Part shown: positions 30,269-40,108 of the stretch, one piece after another
Numbering within the stretch: the stretch's first letter is position 1
Layout of the letters: each line of letters starts with the position of its first letter
Source: an uncultured Actinomycetes bacterium
GTDB lineage: Bacteria > Actinomycetota > Acidimicrobiia > IMCC26256 > PALSA-610
Length of the DNA: 64,000 nucleotides
Direction of reading: 5' to 3'
NCBI GenBank assembly: GCA_963836365.1
Contig: CAWIJC010000006.1
Coordinates: 92,449 to 156,448 of the forward strand
Notes under the pieces: generated by a model
Seen by the model: the letters and a program-made list of their open reading frames with translations, nothing else
Told to the model about the DNA's origin: nothing
Database searches by the model: none
Translations under genes and position numbers: made by a program

Positions 30269-31681
30269 TCAGGTCGCCGGGTGCGTCATGCTGTCGGCGC
30301 TGTCGGCGCTGTCGGGCTCGCTCGCCGCGAACAGCGTGACCGCGGCGACGAGACCGCCACCGGCGCGCGCGTCGAGCCTCGCCGTTCCACCGGATGCCTC
30401 GACGAGCTGGCGCACGATCGACAGCCCGAGGCCCGTTCCGGCGTTGGCTGCACCGGGGGCGCGCCAGAAGCGGTCGAACGCTCGTTCGCGGGCGTCGTCG
30501 TCGAGTCCGGGACCCTCATCGAGGACCCGGAAGTCGACGTGGGACGCGTCCCGGCGCACGACGACCGTGACGGTCCCCGCGGGCGGGGACGCGCTCAGCG
30601 CATTGTCGATGAGGTTGTCGAACAACTGTTCCGCGGCGCCCGGCAACGCGTACCCCCACGCGTGCTCCGGAGCGTCGAGCTCGATGCGGACGCCCCGATC
30701 GCGCGCGACATCGCTCCAGCCGTCGACTCGCTCCCGGGCGACAGCCGCGAGATCACATGACTGGGCGTACTCACGTAACGCGGAATCGCGGGCAAGGATC
30801 AGCAGTCCGTCGATGAGCTTGGCCATCCGCGCCACCTCGGCCGATGCGGCCGCAACGGCGGTGTGGTCGAGATCGTCGCCGGCGTCGAGGTTCTCGAGCC
30901 GCAACCGCAACGCCGTCAACGGCGTACGGAGCTGGTGGGCGGCATCGGCGACGAACCGGGTTTGGGAGTCGATGAGATCGTCGAGTTGTGCCGCCATGCG
31001 GTTGAAGGTGTGCGCCACCTGCCGCAATTCTTTCGGACCGTCGCTCGAGTCGAGCCGCGCGGTGAGATCTCCGTGTCCGAGACGGTCGGTCGCTTGTTCG
31101 AGAGTTCTGAGCGGCCTCGTGATGCTCCGTGCGAGCACGACGCCGACAAGCGCAACCGCGGCGAGGACCGCGGCGCAGAGGAGCGCGATCGCTTCCCACG
31201 TGTCGCGGACGCGGGTGTCGAGCGCCGCGGTCGGGTAGGTCACCCGGACCGCACCGTTCACGACGCCCTCCCCGATCGCCGGCACCGTCGCGTAGATGAC
31301 TGCGGGCCCGATCCCTCCGAGTTGACCGCTCCGGGCGACGCGCGTGCCCGTCAACGCGGCGCGAATATCGCCAGCGTCCGCTTCGCTATGCGGGATATTG
31401 GATCGATCGACGGAGTCGAAGAGGACGACACCGTGCGAGTCGACGACGAGCACGCTCGCATGGCGTGCACGAGCCGATTCTGCGAGCGTCGAGATCGGAA
31501 GCGGCGCATGTGCTTCGAGCGGATCGTCGACGGTGACCGCGACGGTGTCGGCTTCGCGCTGGGCATCGAAGAGGAGCCGCTCGCGCTCGCGGTTCGCAAA
31601 TGTGATCGCGAGGGGTGTCGCAAGCAACGCGAGCGCGAGCGCGGTGAGCGCAACGTAGGTGACGACGAGCCTGCGTGTCAC
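30269..31681 (-). CDS. Sensor histidine kinase (TM, HAMP, HisKA, HATPase_c)
   Basis: The GTG start (VTRRLVVTYVALTALALALL) overlaps the response-regulator stop as GTGA. It has an H-box (FVADAAHQLRTPLTALRLRLENL) and an ATPase G-boxes region (GTGLGLSIVRQLVEASGGTARL). It is uninterrupted. Confidence 0.9.
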   Translation of the reverse strand: MTRRLVVTYVALTALALALLATPLAITFANRERERLLFDAQREADTVAVTVDDPLEAHAPLPISTLAESARARHASVLVVDSHGVVLFDSVDRSNIPHSEADAGDIRAALTGTRVARSGQLGGIGPAVIYATVPAIGEGVVNGAVRVTYPTAALDTRVRDTWEAIALLCAAVLAAVALVGVVLARSITRPLRTLEQATDRLGHGDLTARLDSSDGPKELRQVAHTFNRMAAQLDDLIDSQTRFVADAAHQLRTPLTALRLRLENLDAGDDLDHTAVAAASAEVARMAKLIDGLLILARDSALREYAQSCDLAAVARERVDGWSDVARDRGVRIELDAPEHAWGYALPGAAEQLFDNLIDNALSASPPAGTVTVVVRRDASHVDFRVLDEGPGLDDDARERAFDRFWRAPGAANAGTGLGLSIVRQLVEASGGTARLDARAGGGLVAAVTLFAASEPDSADSADSMTHPAT

Positions 31682-32382
31682 ACGTTCGTGTCCAGCCGAT
31701 ATCCGACATTGCGGATGGTCGCGATGATCGATGGCTCGCCAAGCTTCTTCCGAAGTGCTGAGATGTGGACGTCGAGTGTCTTGGTCGAACCCCAAAAGTG
31801 CTCGTCCCAGACTTCCGCGATGATCCGCTCACGACTCACGACGGCTCCCGGATCTTCAGCGAGCCGGGCGAGCAGATCGAATTCCTTCCGGCTCAAGCTG
31901 ACCTCACGACCGTGCATCGTGACCCGGCGCGACCGCCGGTCGATGCCGAGCCCCGCGATCTCCTGAACAGTGAGCTCCCGCGACTCCGGGCGCGCGAGCC
32001 CGCGGCGGGCGCGCCGGAGTACCGCGTGAATGCGAGCGACGAGCTCGGGGAGCCCGAACGGCTTCACGACGTAGTCGTCCGCGCCGAGGCCCAGCAGGCG
32101 TACGCGGTCTCGCTCGTCGCCGCGAGCGGTGAGCACGATGATCGGCGCGCCGGACTCGGCATGCAGCAGGCGGCAGATGTCGGCTCCGTCGACGTCGGGA
32201 AGACCGAGATCAAGCAGCACAAGGTCCGCACGCCGGGCCGCGGCCAGCCCGTCCGCCCCACTCCGGACGGCGACGACCTCGAAGTGTTCGCGCGTGAGGC
32301 CCTCGGCGAGAGGAATCGCGATCGCCTCCTCGTCTTCGACGAGGAGGACCCGCGTGGCAGACGCCGCGTTCATCGGAGGCAC
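31678..32382 (-). CDS. OmpR-family response regulator
   Basis: It has a receiver domain (RVLLVEDEEAIAIPL, DLVLLDLGLPDVDG, ADDYVVKPF) and a winged-helix domain (LSRKEFDLLARLAEDPGAVVSRERI, RNVGYRL). It is uninterrupted. Confidence 0.9.
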   Translation of the reverse strand: MPPMNAASATRVLLVEDEEAIAIPLAEGLTREHFEVVAVRSGADGLAAARRADLVLLDLGLPDVDGADICRLLHAESGAPIIVLTARGDERDRVRLLGLGADDYVVKPFGLPELVARIHAVLRRARRGLARPESRELTVQEIAGLGIDRRSRRVTMHGREVSLSRKEFDLLARLAEDPGAVVSRERIIAEVWDEHFWGSTKTLDVHISALRKKLGEPSIIATIRNVGYRLDTNV

Positions 32383-32519
32383 GTCATTCGATCACATCGC
32401 GTGGCAGCCAGGATGTCACGAGTCCGCCAGGTGATCCGACCTGAGCTCGACGTGACCCAAGAGACCTGTCCTGGAATCGGTACGACCTGGTAGCCCGGCC
32501 GGACAGAGAACAACGGCGG

Positions 32520-32870
32520 CGTTCTGGCGGCTACGTCGACTCGCGATCGACCGGAGAGCGGTTGGCGTCGCGGGTCGTGCCGGCACCGGCGGCAACGGCT
32601 TGGAACGGAACCGGCCGCAACGTGTTCGACCGCAACTTCATCGGGACGTACAACCTCGCCGGCGACGACGACGCCAGGTGTCCGAGACCACTGGTGTGCT
32701 GATCTTCTCGGGCGACCCGTCCGTGACGATCACCGGGACGTCGATCCGGCACAACGTCATCGTGAACAACCACTTCCGCATCTGGTCTGGCTCTCGCGCG
32801 GTCTCGTTGCCACCGCCGGCATCGTCGACAACTTCGTCTTCCGCGTGGCGATCGACCTGCAGCAGTTGCG
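32520..32870 (+). pseudogene. Remnant of a right-handed beta-helix repeat protein (3' fragment, frame-broken)
   Basis: The fragments GTGRNVFDRNFIGTYNLAGDDDA, GVLIFSGDPSVTITGTSIRHNVIVNNHFRIW and GIVDNFVFRVAIDL lie in different frames. There is no start and no N-terminal part. Confidence 0.3.
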
Positions 32871-32901
32871 ACCGGGCCCGCCTTCGGGCGTGCGTCGGGC
32901 G

Positions 32902-33708
32902 CTACCCCCGAGCACTCACGGCGCTCGGTGCGGCGATGACGCGGGGACGTCGGCGGGCGATCGCGATGAGGAACCTCGGAATGTTGCCCAGGTAGCGCCG
33001 CCAGAGGCGGCGCGGCTCGACCGCAAGTCTGAAGAGCCATTCGAGCCCGGCTTGCTGCATCCATCTCGGGGCCTGACGCAACGTCCCCGCGTGAATGTCG
33101 AACGCGGCGCCGACGCCGACGATCGCCGACGCGTCCAAGCGGCCTTCATGGGCCGCCATCCACCTCTCTTGCTTCGGCGTGCTCAGACCAACCCACACGA
33201 TGTCGGGTTGCGCGACATTGATCGCGCGAGTGACAGCGTCATCTTCTTCGGGGGTCAGCTCGCGAAACGGAGGCGAGTGCGCGCCCACGATGCAAAGACC
33301 CGGAAACCGTGCGGTGAGCCGTGCGTCGAGTCGGTCGAGCGCATCTCGCGTGCCGCCGTACAGGTAGCAACGCCAATGGCGCTGTGCGGCCCGCTCGCAC
33401 ACAGCGAGCATGAGGTCGGGTCCGTAGACGCGTCGCACACACCGTGCTCCCGCAAACCTCGCCGCCCACACCATCGGCATGCCGTCGGGAGTCGTGAGAC
33501 CGGATCTGTTGTGAATGTCACGCAGACTTTGGTCGCGCGCGGACTCCATCACGCCGTGCACGCCGGTAACGCACACGTAGTGCTGCTCGCGGTTCGTGAT
33601 CCAGCGCGTGATCTCGGAGAGCGCCGCGGCGGGATCGATCGCACTGATACCGACGCCGAGAACGTCGATGCGGTCGAATGGTGTCACATCCGATGCGGCG
33701 ACCCTCAC
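32902..33708 (-). CDS. WecG/TagA/CpsF-family glycosyltransferase (ManNAc/ManNAcA-type transferase)
   Basis: GTG 33708 lies 4 nt after the upstream stop. Motifs are IDVLGVGISAI, VTGVHGVMESARD, TPDGMPMVWAAR, VGLSTPKQERWM, GVGAAFDIHAG and GLEWLFRLAVEPRRLWRRY. Confidence 0.85.
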   Translation of the reverse strand: MRVAASDVTPFDRIDVLGVGISAIDPAAALSEITRWITNREQHYVCVTGVHGVMESARDQSLRDIHNRSGLTTPDGMPMVWAARFAGARCVRRVYGPDLMLAVCERAAQRHWRCYLYGGTRDALDRLDARLTARFPGLCIVGAHSPPFRELTPEEDDAVTRAINVAQPDIVWVGLSTPKQERWMAAHEGRLDASAIVGVGAAFDIHAGTLRQAPRWMQQAGLEWLFRLAVEPRRLWRRYLGNIPRFLIAIARRRPRVIAAPSAVSARG

Positions 33709-33712
33709 GCCG

Positions 33713-34675
33713 TCACTTCTCGGAGATTTGCTTCTCGATCCACCGATACGTCTCGGCCAGACCGGTCTCGAGCTCGATCCGCGGTTCCCAGCCGAGTACC
33801 TGTCGCAACCGCGAGTTGTCGGAGTTGCGCCCGCGCACCCCCTCCGGACCGGGCACATATTCGATGAGCGGGCGCTTGTCGGCAATCTCCATGATGATGT
33901 GTGCGAGCTCGGTGATGCTCACCATTCGCTCGGTGCCGAGGTTCAGCGGCTCGTCGTGGTCCGAATACATGAGCCGGTAGATTCCCTCGACGCAGTCGTC
34001 GACGTAACAGAACGAACGGGTTTGTTGCCCGTCGCCCCATATCTCGATCGACGAGCCCTCCCGAGCCGTGGCGACCTTACGGCACAGCGCGGCGGGAGCC
34101 TTTTCGCGTCCGCCTTCGAACGTGCCGAGGGGTCCGTAGATGTTGTGAAAGCGTACGACGCGAGTCTCCATCTCGGATTCGGCGCCGTAGTACTTCGACA
34201 GAAGCTCCCCAAAGAGCTTTTCCCAGCCGTACGCATCCTGCGGATCCGCCGGGAACGCATCTTCCTCTCGAAGTCCTCGAACGTCGACGTGCTGCTGAAG
34301 GTGCTCGGGATAGACGCACGCAGACGAGGTATACAGCACGCGGCGAACCCCTTGATTACGCGCAGCGTCGATCGTTCCGACGTCGATCAAGGAATTGTCG
34401 CGAAGAATCTTCGCATGATTCGACGAGATGTAGCCCATGCCACCCATGTCCGCCGCCAGCGCATAGACCACGTCGACGCCCGTGGTCGCCTCGAGGCACG
34501 TCTCCTGCTCGCGCAGGTCTGCGACGAGGAACTCGTCGGCCTTCGTATCGGAGAATTCAGGCAGCTTCACGTCAACGCCACGCACCCAATGTCCCTGTTC
34601 CTTGAGGTAATTCACGAGGTGGTTACCGATGAATCCTCCGGCGCCGGTGACGAGCGTTCGATCTGCGTGCGGCAT
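33713..34675 (-). CDS. GDP-mannose 3,5-epimerase-like NAD-dependent epimerase
   Basis: ATG 34675 (MPHADRTLVTGAGGFIGNHL) has a GAGAGGG Shine-Dalgarno sequence. It shows near-diagnostic blocks shared with plant GME: LAADMGGMGYISSNH, SSACVYPE, PQDAYGWEKL, RFHNIYGPLGTFEGGREKAPAALCRK, WGDGQQTRSF, PGPEGVRGRNSDN. Confidence 0.85.
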   Translation of the reverse strand: MPHADRTLVTGAGGFIGNHLVNYLKEQGHWVRGVDVKLPEFSDTKADEFLVADLREQETCLEATTGVDVVYALAADMGGMGYISSNHAKILRDNSLIDVGTIDAARNQGVRRVLYTSSACVYPEHLQQHVDVRGLREEDAFPADPQDAYGWEKLFGELLSKYYGAESEMETRVVRFHNIYGPLGTFEGGREKAPAALCRKVATAREGSSIEIWGDGQQTRSFCYVDDCVEGIYRLMYSDHDEPLNLGTERMVSITELAHIIMEIADKRPLIEYVPGPEGVRGRNSDNSRLRQVLGWEPRIELETGLAETYRWIEKQISEK

Positions 34676-34691
34676 CTTCTGCCCTCTCTTC

Positions 34692-35468
34692 TTAGAAGCC
34701 GCGACCTGCGAGAACCGCAAATGGCGTGGTGAACAAGATCTTCATGTCAGCTCGCAGCGTGACGCGAGTTGCGTACTCGATGTCGAGGTCGGTGCACTCG
34801 TGCATCTCGCCGTTTCCTCGGGCCTTGACCTGCCACAATCCGGTAAGGCCGGGTTTCACGGCGTGCCGGGCGTGCTGCCACGGCTCGTAGCGCGCGACGA
34901 TCGCCGGCAGCTCGGGCCGCGGTCCGACCAGACTCATGTTCCCCGCGAGCACGTCCCAGAGCTGTGGAATCTCATCGAGGCTCCACTTGCGCAGCGCCCT
35001 CCCGAGCGACGTGAGCCTCGGATCGTTTGGGTGCTTGTGCGTTCGCCGGCGATCGGCGCCCTCGTAGTCGAGATGCGCGCAGCGGCGGTCGGCCGACATC
35101 GTCCGAAACTTGTGCACGATGAACATCCGCCCATCGCGTCCAACGCGTTGCTGGCGAAGGATGACGGATCGCCCGAGGTCGATGCGCACGAGCAGCGCGA
35201 CCACGAGCATCACGGGCGCGAAGACGCACGACAAGACGAGCGCGAAGAACCTGTCGATCGCAGGCTTCACGATTCGCTCGTACCGAGTGACACGGCGCGG
35301 CGGCGCGACTGCAGACGACGCGTCGTCGGCGACATAGACATAGTTGCGTACGGAAAGCCCCACCGATCCGCCTGTGATCGCAGCACCGCTTTCGTCGCGA
35401 GCACTTGCTCGCGCGCGTTGCACCCGAGTGGGGATGCTGGCGCGCGCGCGAGGTGGTCTCAACCCCAA
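34692..35468 (-). CDS. Undecaprenyl-phosphate sugar phosphotransferase (bacterial sugar transferase family), intact
   Basis: Motifs are KPAIDRFFALVLSCVFAPVMLVVALLV, FIVHKFRTM, DPRLTSLGRALRKWSLDEIPQLWDVLAGNMSLVGPRP and PGLTGLWQV. The start is uncertain (35468 or an internal GTG). Confidence 0.85.
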   Translation of the reverse strand: MGLRPPRARASIPTRVQRARASARDESGAAITGGSVGLSVRNYVYVADDASSAVAPPRRVTRYERIVKPAIDRFFALVLSCVFAPVMLVVALLVRIDLGRSVILRQQRVGRDGRMFIVHKFRTMSADRRCAHLDYEGADRRRTHKHPNDPRLTSLGRALRKWSLDEIPQLWDVLAGNMSLVGPRPELPAIVARYEPWQHARHAVKPGLTGLWQVKARGNGEMHECTDLDIEYATRVTLRADMKILFTTPFAVLAGRGF

Positions 35469-35859
35469 TAGACGCTATAGGTGTGACATGGCGGCATGTT
35501 CCGTACAACATGCCTGCGCTTTACGCCGCGATCTTCGCGCTTCACAAGACGTGCGATCCGGCGATGTCTCCGGTTCCTCACTCGATGCCCGAGGAGGGTT
35601 TTCTTGCTGCGTCTCCGCCCGATGCACGGCAAATGCGGCCCAAGACGTGCCATCACTTGTACACGTCAACAGGTACTTGGAAACGTGTGTGCTCGGACCC
35701 GGGCACATCGAACCGCGCAACCGATGACTGACGCGTGTGAAGTGTGGACGAGGCCGGCGAGCGCGTCGAACGGGCGTTGATCTCCGAGCCTCCGACTCGC
35801 GACAGAGGACGCGCCTTCGTCTCGGTACGCTCGACGAGACGCCGGCTCGCGACCGTGGA

Positions 35860-37512
35860 ATGGTTGTCCTTTTGCGTACGCCGATTCGTCAATCGAGATT
35901 CCGACGGGGACGCAGGTCGAGGCGTGTACGGACGTCGAGGCGCGTACGTAGGTCGAGACGGGCCCGGCGGTCTGCGTCGTCGTCGCGACGGCGAGTCGTG
36001 ACACGCGACGCGGTGGCGTTGATCGTCGTCGTGCTGCTCATGGCCGTCATCTGCCGGAGCTCGGCACCCCGATACGCGACCGGAGAACCTGCGCTGCCCA
36101 GCCGCCCGAGTCGCGCGGCCCAGAGCGCGCATCGGTGTGTGGATCCGGCGAGTGCACTTGTTGTGTCGCGGCGGCCGGACGGCGCGCTCGATCCGTGCGC
36201 CGCGGGACGCCGACCCGACGTTGCCGCGTGCGTAGGCGTCGACGTTGCCGCCGGTTCAGAGATTCAAGAGTCCATCGCCGCACACCCGGCCGGCACGACA
36301 TTCTGCCTCGCTCGGGGTCACTACCGACTCTCGGCGCCGCTTTCGCCCAAGGAAGGTGATGTGATCGACGGTGCAGACCGCCAGGCGGTGTTGACCGGTG
36401 CCCGGGTAGTGCGTGACTGGGTGCGAGACGGTCCTGCGTGGTACGCCACCGGATACCTCCCGCCTCCTTATAGCGATCCCAACTACGGCGTGTGCGAAAA
36501 CAACGTGCAGAACCCCTGTAAGCTCGCGGAGTCGGCGTTTCGCGACGACATCCGGCTTACCCGCGTGATGAGTCGTGATTCCGTCATTCGAGGCACGTTC
36601 TTTGCGGACTACGGCACGAACCGCATCTACGTCGGCGACGATCCAACAGGACATCTCATGGAAATCTCACGCACACGCGTCGCGATCGAGTCGACACATC
36701 CCGACGTCACGATTCGGAACATTGTTGTCGAGAAATTCGCGTCGCTCGCCCAGCGCGGCGCGGTTGTCGCGAACGCAAACGGCTGGACCGTCGAGAACGC
36801 AGAGATCCGATTCAACCACGGCGCAGGTCTCTACGCGTACGGCGACGACTTTCGTGTCCTGAACAGTCATGTCCACGACAACGGCATGCTCGGAATCGGT
36901 GTGCACGACGTCACTGGTGTCGTCATCGACCGCAACGAGCTCGACCACAACAACACCGACGGCTTCTGGATCAACGACGGCGAGAACGGCGGGTACAAGT
37001 CCACCCGGACCTCCGACTCTGTGCGGAACAACTATGTGCACGACAATGTCGGCATGGGGTTGTGGTGGGACGACGATGACCATGACAACACGATCGAGAA
37101 CAACACCGTTTTCGCCAACGCTGCCGACGGCATTCGCTACGAGATCTCGTACCGCGGAGTGATTCGGAACAACGCCGTCTTGTCCAATGGGCATCGACGG
37201 GGCCGAACAGATGGTGGAAGTCACGACCTCGACTACGGGGCCGGTATCACATCGGCGAATGCACGAGATGTGCAGATCGACGGCAACACGGTGGTCGGCA
37301 ACGACAACGGAATCGGCCTCGTCGAGCAGGATCGCGGGACCGGAATCTACGGACGGCGAACGCTCGCGGACAATCGTGTCCACGACAACACCATCGCCGG
37401 ACCGGGTGGCGTCAGCGGCATTGCTTCCGAGACCGACCTCAGCACGCGCAACATCGAATTCGTCGACAACCACGTGTCGAACGGCATGGTCTTCTGCGCG
37501 TATTCGTGCTGA
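35860..37512 (+). CDS. Membrane-anchored/secreted right-handed parallel beta-helix repeat protein (candidate glycan lyase/hydrolase)
   Basis: The ORF is open from 35737. ATG 35860 gives an Arg-rich tail followed by a TM helix (AVALIVVVLLMAVI). It has repeated beta-helix turns (NAEIRFNHGAGLYAYGDDFRVLNSHVHDNGMLGIGV, NNYVHDNVGMGLWWDDDDHDNTIENNTVFANAADGIRYE, GNTVVGNDNGIGLVE). Its codon usage is visibly more A/T-rich than its neighbours. Confidence 0.75.
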   Translation: MVVLLRTPIRQSRFRRGRRSRRVRTSRRVRRSRRARRSASSSRRRVVTRDAVALIVVVLLMAVICRSSAPRYATGEPALPSRPSRAAQSAHRCVDPASALVVSRRPDGALDPCAAGRRPDVAACVGVDVAAGSEIQESIAAHPAGTTFCLARGHYRLSAPLSPKEGDVIDGADRQAVLTGARVVRDWVRDGPAWYATGYLPPPYSDPNYGVCENNVQNPCKLAESAFRDDIRLTRVMSRDSVIRGTFFADYGTNRIYVGDDPTGHLMEISRTRVAIESTHPDVTIRNIVVEKFASLAQRGAVVANANGWTVENAEIRFNHGAGLYAYGDDFRVLNSHVHDNGMLGIGVHDVTGVVIDRNELDHNNTDGFWINDGENGGYKSTRTSDSVRNNYVHDNVGMGLWWDDDDHDNTIENNTVFANAADGIRYEISYRGVIRNNAVLSNGHRRGRTDGGSHDLDYGAGITSANARDVQIDGNTVVGNDNGIGLVEQDRGTGIYGRRTLADNRVHDNTIAGPGGVSGIASETDLSTRNIEFVDNHVSNGMVFCAYSC

Positions 37513-37551
37513 GGGTGCCGCGGCGCGTGTCTCATCCTACGATCGCCTCGG

Positions 37552-38214
37552 TCACATGCCGAGCGCCTGCGGGTCGCAGAGCCAGATGACTTCCTGCCCG
37601 CGGATGCTCGCCGCCGGGACGTCTTCTCCCGACCGAATCCGTGCTATTGCCTCCCGTTTCTCGTCACCGGCGACCGTGACGACGACCAGTCGCGAGCGCT
37701 CGATTGCGGGAAAGGTGAACGTGAGCCGCGCGTGAGGGTGCACCGTGTCGGCGTTGACCACGACGAGACGCCGCCGCTCCTCCAGCGCAGCGGTACCGGG
37801 AAACAGCGACGCCGTGTGCGCATCCGCGCCGACACCGAGATGGACGAGATCGATCGGTGGTGCGTCGCACACGAGCGCGTCGTACACGTCAGCAGCATCT
37901 GCGATCGAGCCGGCACGGTACATGCCGTGGATCGCTGCCGGCCGTACGTGGTCGAGGAGAATGCGTCGCGCGGCGCCTTCATTGGAGTCGGGAGAGTCCG
38001 TGGGGACGAACCGCTCGTCTCCGAAGAACACGTCGGTTGCCCCCCAATCGAACGCGGCGTGGCGCAGCTCCGCGTACGCCGTGTGTGCAAGGTCGCTTCC
38101 CGCCAGCGCGATCGATCTCGGCGCGCGCGCGACAACGAGTGACGCGAAGGCTCTCGGGACGTCGCTTGCGATCTGGAGGGTTCCCGGAAGGTCCACCGAG
38201 GCAGTCTGGCGCAC
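37552..38214 (-). CDS. pgl: 6-phosphogluconolactonase family protein
   Basis: 220-aa ORF with the motifs VFFGDERFVP, DSNEGAARR, LVHLGVGADAHTASLFPG and VTVAGDEKREA. Confidence 0.8.
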   Translation of the reverse strand: MRQTASVDLPGTLQIASDVPRAFASLVVARAPRSIALAGSDLAHTAYAELRHAAFDWGATDVFFGDERFVPTDSPDSNEGAARRILLDHVRPAAIHGMYRAGSIADAADVYDALVCDAPPIDLVHLGVGADAHTASLFPGTAALEERRRLVVVNADTVHPHARLTFTFPAIERSRLVVVTVAGDEKREAIARIRSGEDVPAASIRGQEVIWLCDPQALGM

Positions 38215-38325
38215 GCTCGTGGGTTGCCAGAACTGTTCCAGTTCGTGGGAGAGCTGTGCGGCGCGGCGAGATGGTCGCGCGTGCGACCCGCGGTCGCGCG
38301 TGGCGAGCCGGAGTCTCGAGCCGCA

Positions 38326-40040
38326 ATGCTCCTACGGGTCGTCGCCGCTACAGTCCGCTTTGTGGAGACCGGTTCGGACTTCGAGCCCACGGTGGTCGAC
38401 GCGTTCAGGCGGGGGTGGCGCACAGTCCTCGCGGTCGCGGTCGCGGTCGCCATCGCGGGAGCAATTTTCGCGGCGACGCGCCCGGTCGCGTTCTCGGCCA
38501 CGGCATCGCTCGTCGTCACCGACCCGAGAAGCCCGGCCCTGATCGGCACGCAGCCCGCCGACGCACCCGAGCGTTATGTCGCGGACCAGCTCACGGTGTT
38601 CCAGTCGCAGACGCTCGGAGGCGCGGCGGCGGGGATCGGTCCGTCACAGCAGCCTGCCCTCGAGAAGTCCGCTCGCTGGTTCCTCGCGCGTACGAGTGCC
38701 AGCGCTTCCGCCAAGGACAGCAACCGCATCTCCGTGTCGTTCACCGCGTCCACGGAGTCGGACGCGATTGCCGGCGCGCGGGTCGTCGTGGCCGCATACC
38801 GAGACGTGAGCCGAGCAGCAGTCGTGCAGCAGGCGAGGGCCGTCAAGGCGCAGTTGGACGCATCGATTCTCTCGCTCGACGCACGCCTCGCCGACCTCGT
38901 TCGCGAGTCGAACGACCCGCGGGCTTCCGTCCAGGTTCAGCAGTTCGCGGCGAACCGCGCCTCTGTCGTGGCCCGTCGGGACCAGGTCGCGGCCGAGGCG
39001 CAGTTCCCCGCCGACGGGGTCTCGCTCGCCTCCCTACCGACGCAGGCAACTTCGAATGCCCGATCAACCACCCTTCGCCTGCTCGTGCTCACGTTCGCAG
39101 CCGGCGCTCTGCTCGGTGTCGCGATCGCATACGTACCGCGTATCGCAAACGGACGTTCGGACACTATGCCGATCCCGAGCTCGCGCTCGGACTGCCACTC
39201 CTCGCGGACCTGTCGAGTCGACGAGACACGAAATTGCTGCAAGGCCTCGATGCGAGCGCCAAAGGCGACGCTCGCGTCGCCGACGTTCTCTCGATCGCTG
39301 CGACGCGAGTTGCAGTAGAGCGCGCGAACACAGGCATCGGGCTGTCGGTGCTGGTCGCGTCGACCGCGGGCGCAGCGACCGGCCCGATCGCGGCTCGGAT
39401 CGCGGCCGCGTGCGCCAGTGAGCAGCTCCGTACGCTCGTCATCGATGCCGCCCAGGCGATACGTCGCTCGGACTTCGGGATCGAGGTGGACGTCGATACG
39501 CACGCCTGGGTAGAGCGCGAGGACGGCAGCCTCGTCCTGTCGCAATGTGCATCCGATCCCGTTCCGGGAACGCTTCCCACTCTCCGGCGGGGGTTCGCGC
39601 GATACGACGACGCACCAGTTCACTTCTGCGCGGGGCCGCCGCCGCGGCAACCTCTCGACGGGCTCACGTCGACCTTCCACGACCTCGAAAACCGGTTCGA
39701 TGTCGTTCTCGTCAACGCACCGCCGCTCCTCGTGACCCCGCGGGCCGTACCACTTGCGTCCGCGGCGCGGAACGCACTGCTCGTTGCGTACGACCGCGGC
39801 AGCGTGCCGGACCATCAGGAGCTGGTGCGGCGGCTCCGCCTCGCGGGTGCGCTGCCGATCGGATACGTGTACTGCTCGGCCGCGCTCGCCAAGCTCGCCG
39901 CGCCGGTGACGACCACGCCGCCCGTGGTCGCTCCGGAGGACGACGCACCTGGCGAAGCGTGGAACATCAAGGGTGGGGCGATGACGGGCGGCTGGGTGAA
40001 GCACAAGACCGCGCCGCGGCACCACGACAGCGCCAGTTGA
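38326..40040 (+). pseudogene. Wzz-domain protein fused to a BY-kinase-like P-loop domain with degenerate Walker motifs; one frameshift near 39147
   Basis: The Wzz part lies in ORF 38224..39318 (TM1 VLAVAVAVAIAGAIF, coiled-coil, TM2 LRLLVLTFAAGALLGVAIAYV). The kinase-like part lies in the frame of ORF 37857..40040 (LGLPLLADL, LSVLVASTAGAATGPIAARIAAACASEQLRTLVIDA, FDVVLVNAPPLL). There is no GK[ST] Walker A and no C-terminal Tyr cluster. Confidence 0.6.
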
Positions 40041-40108
40041 AGTGTGGGCCGCCAGTGTGTCCGTCGCGTCGACGCAGACTTGGCGTCCTTGCCCGTCGCA
40101 GGCTCTCA

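Noticed and set aside
37857-38325. N-terminal 150 codons of the 727-aa ORF 37857..40040
   Set aside because: This part is antisense to the well-supported 6-phosphogluconolactonase gene and reads as Arg-rich nonsense. Only the segment after about 39150 (the kinase-like domain) is used, joined to the Wzz ORF by a frameshift.
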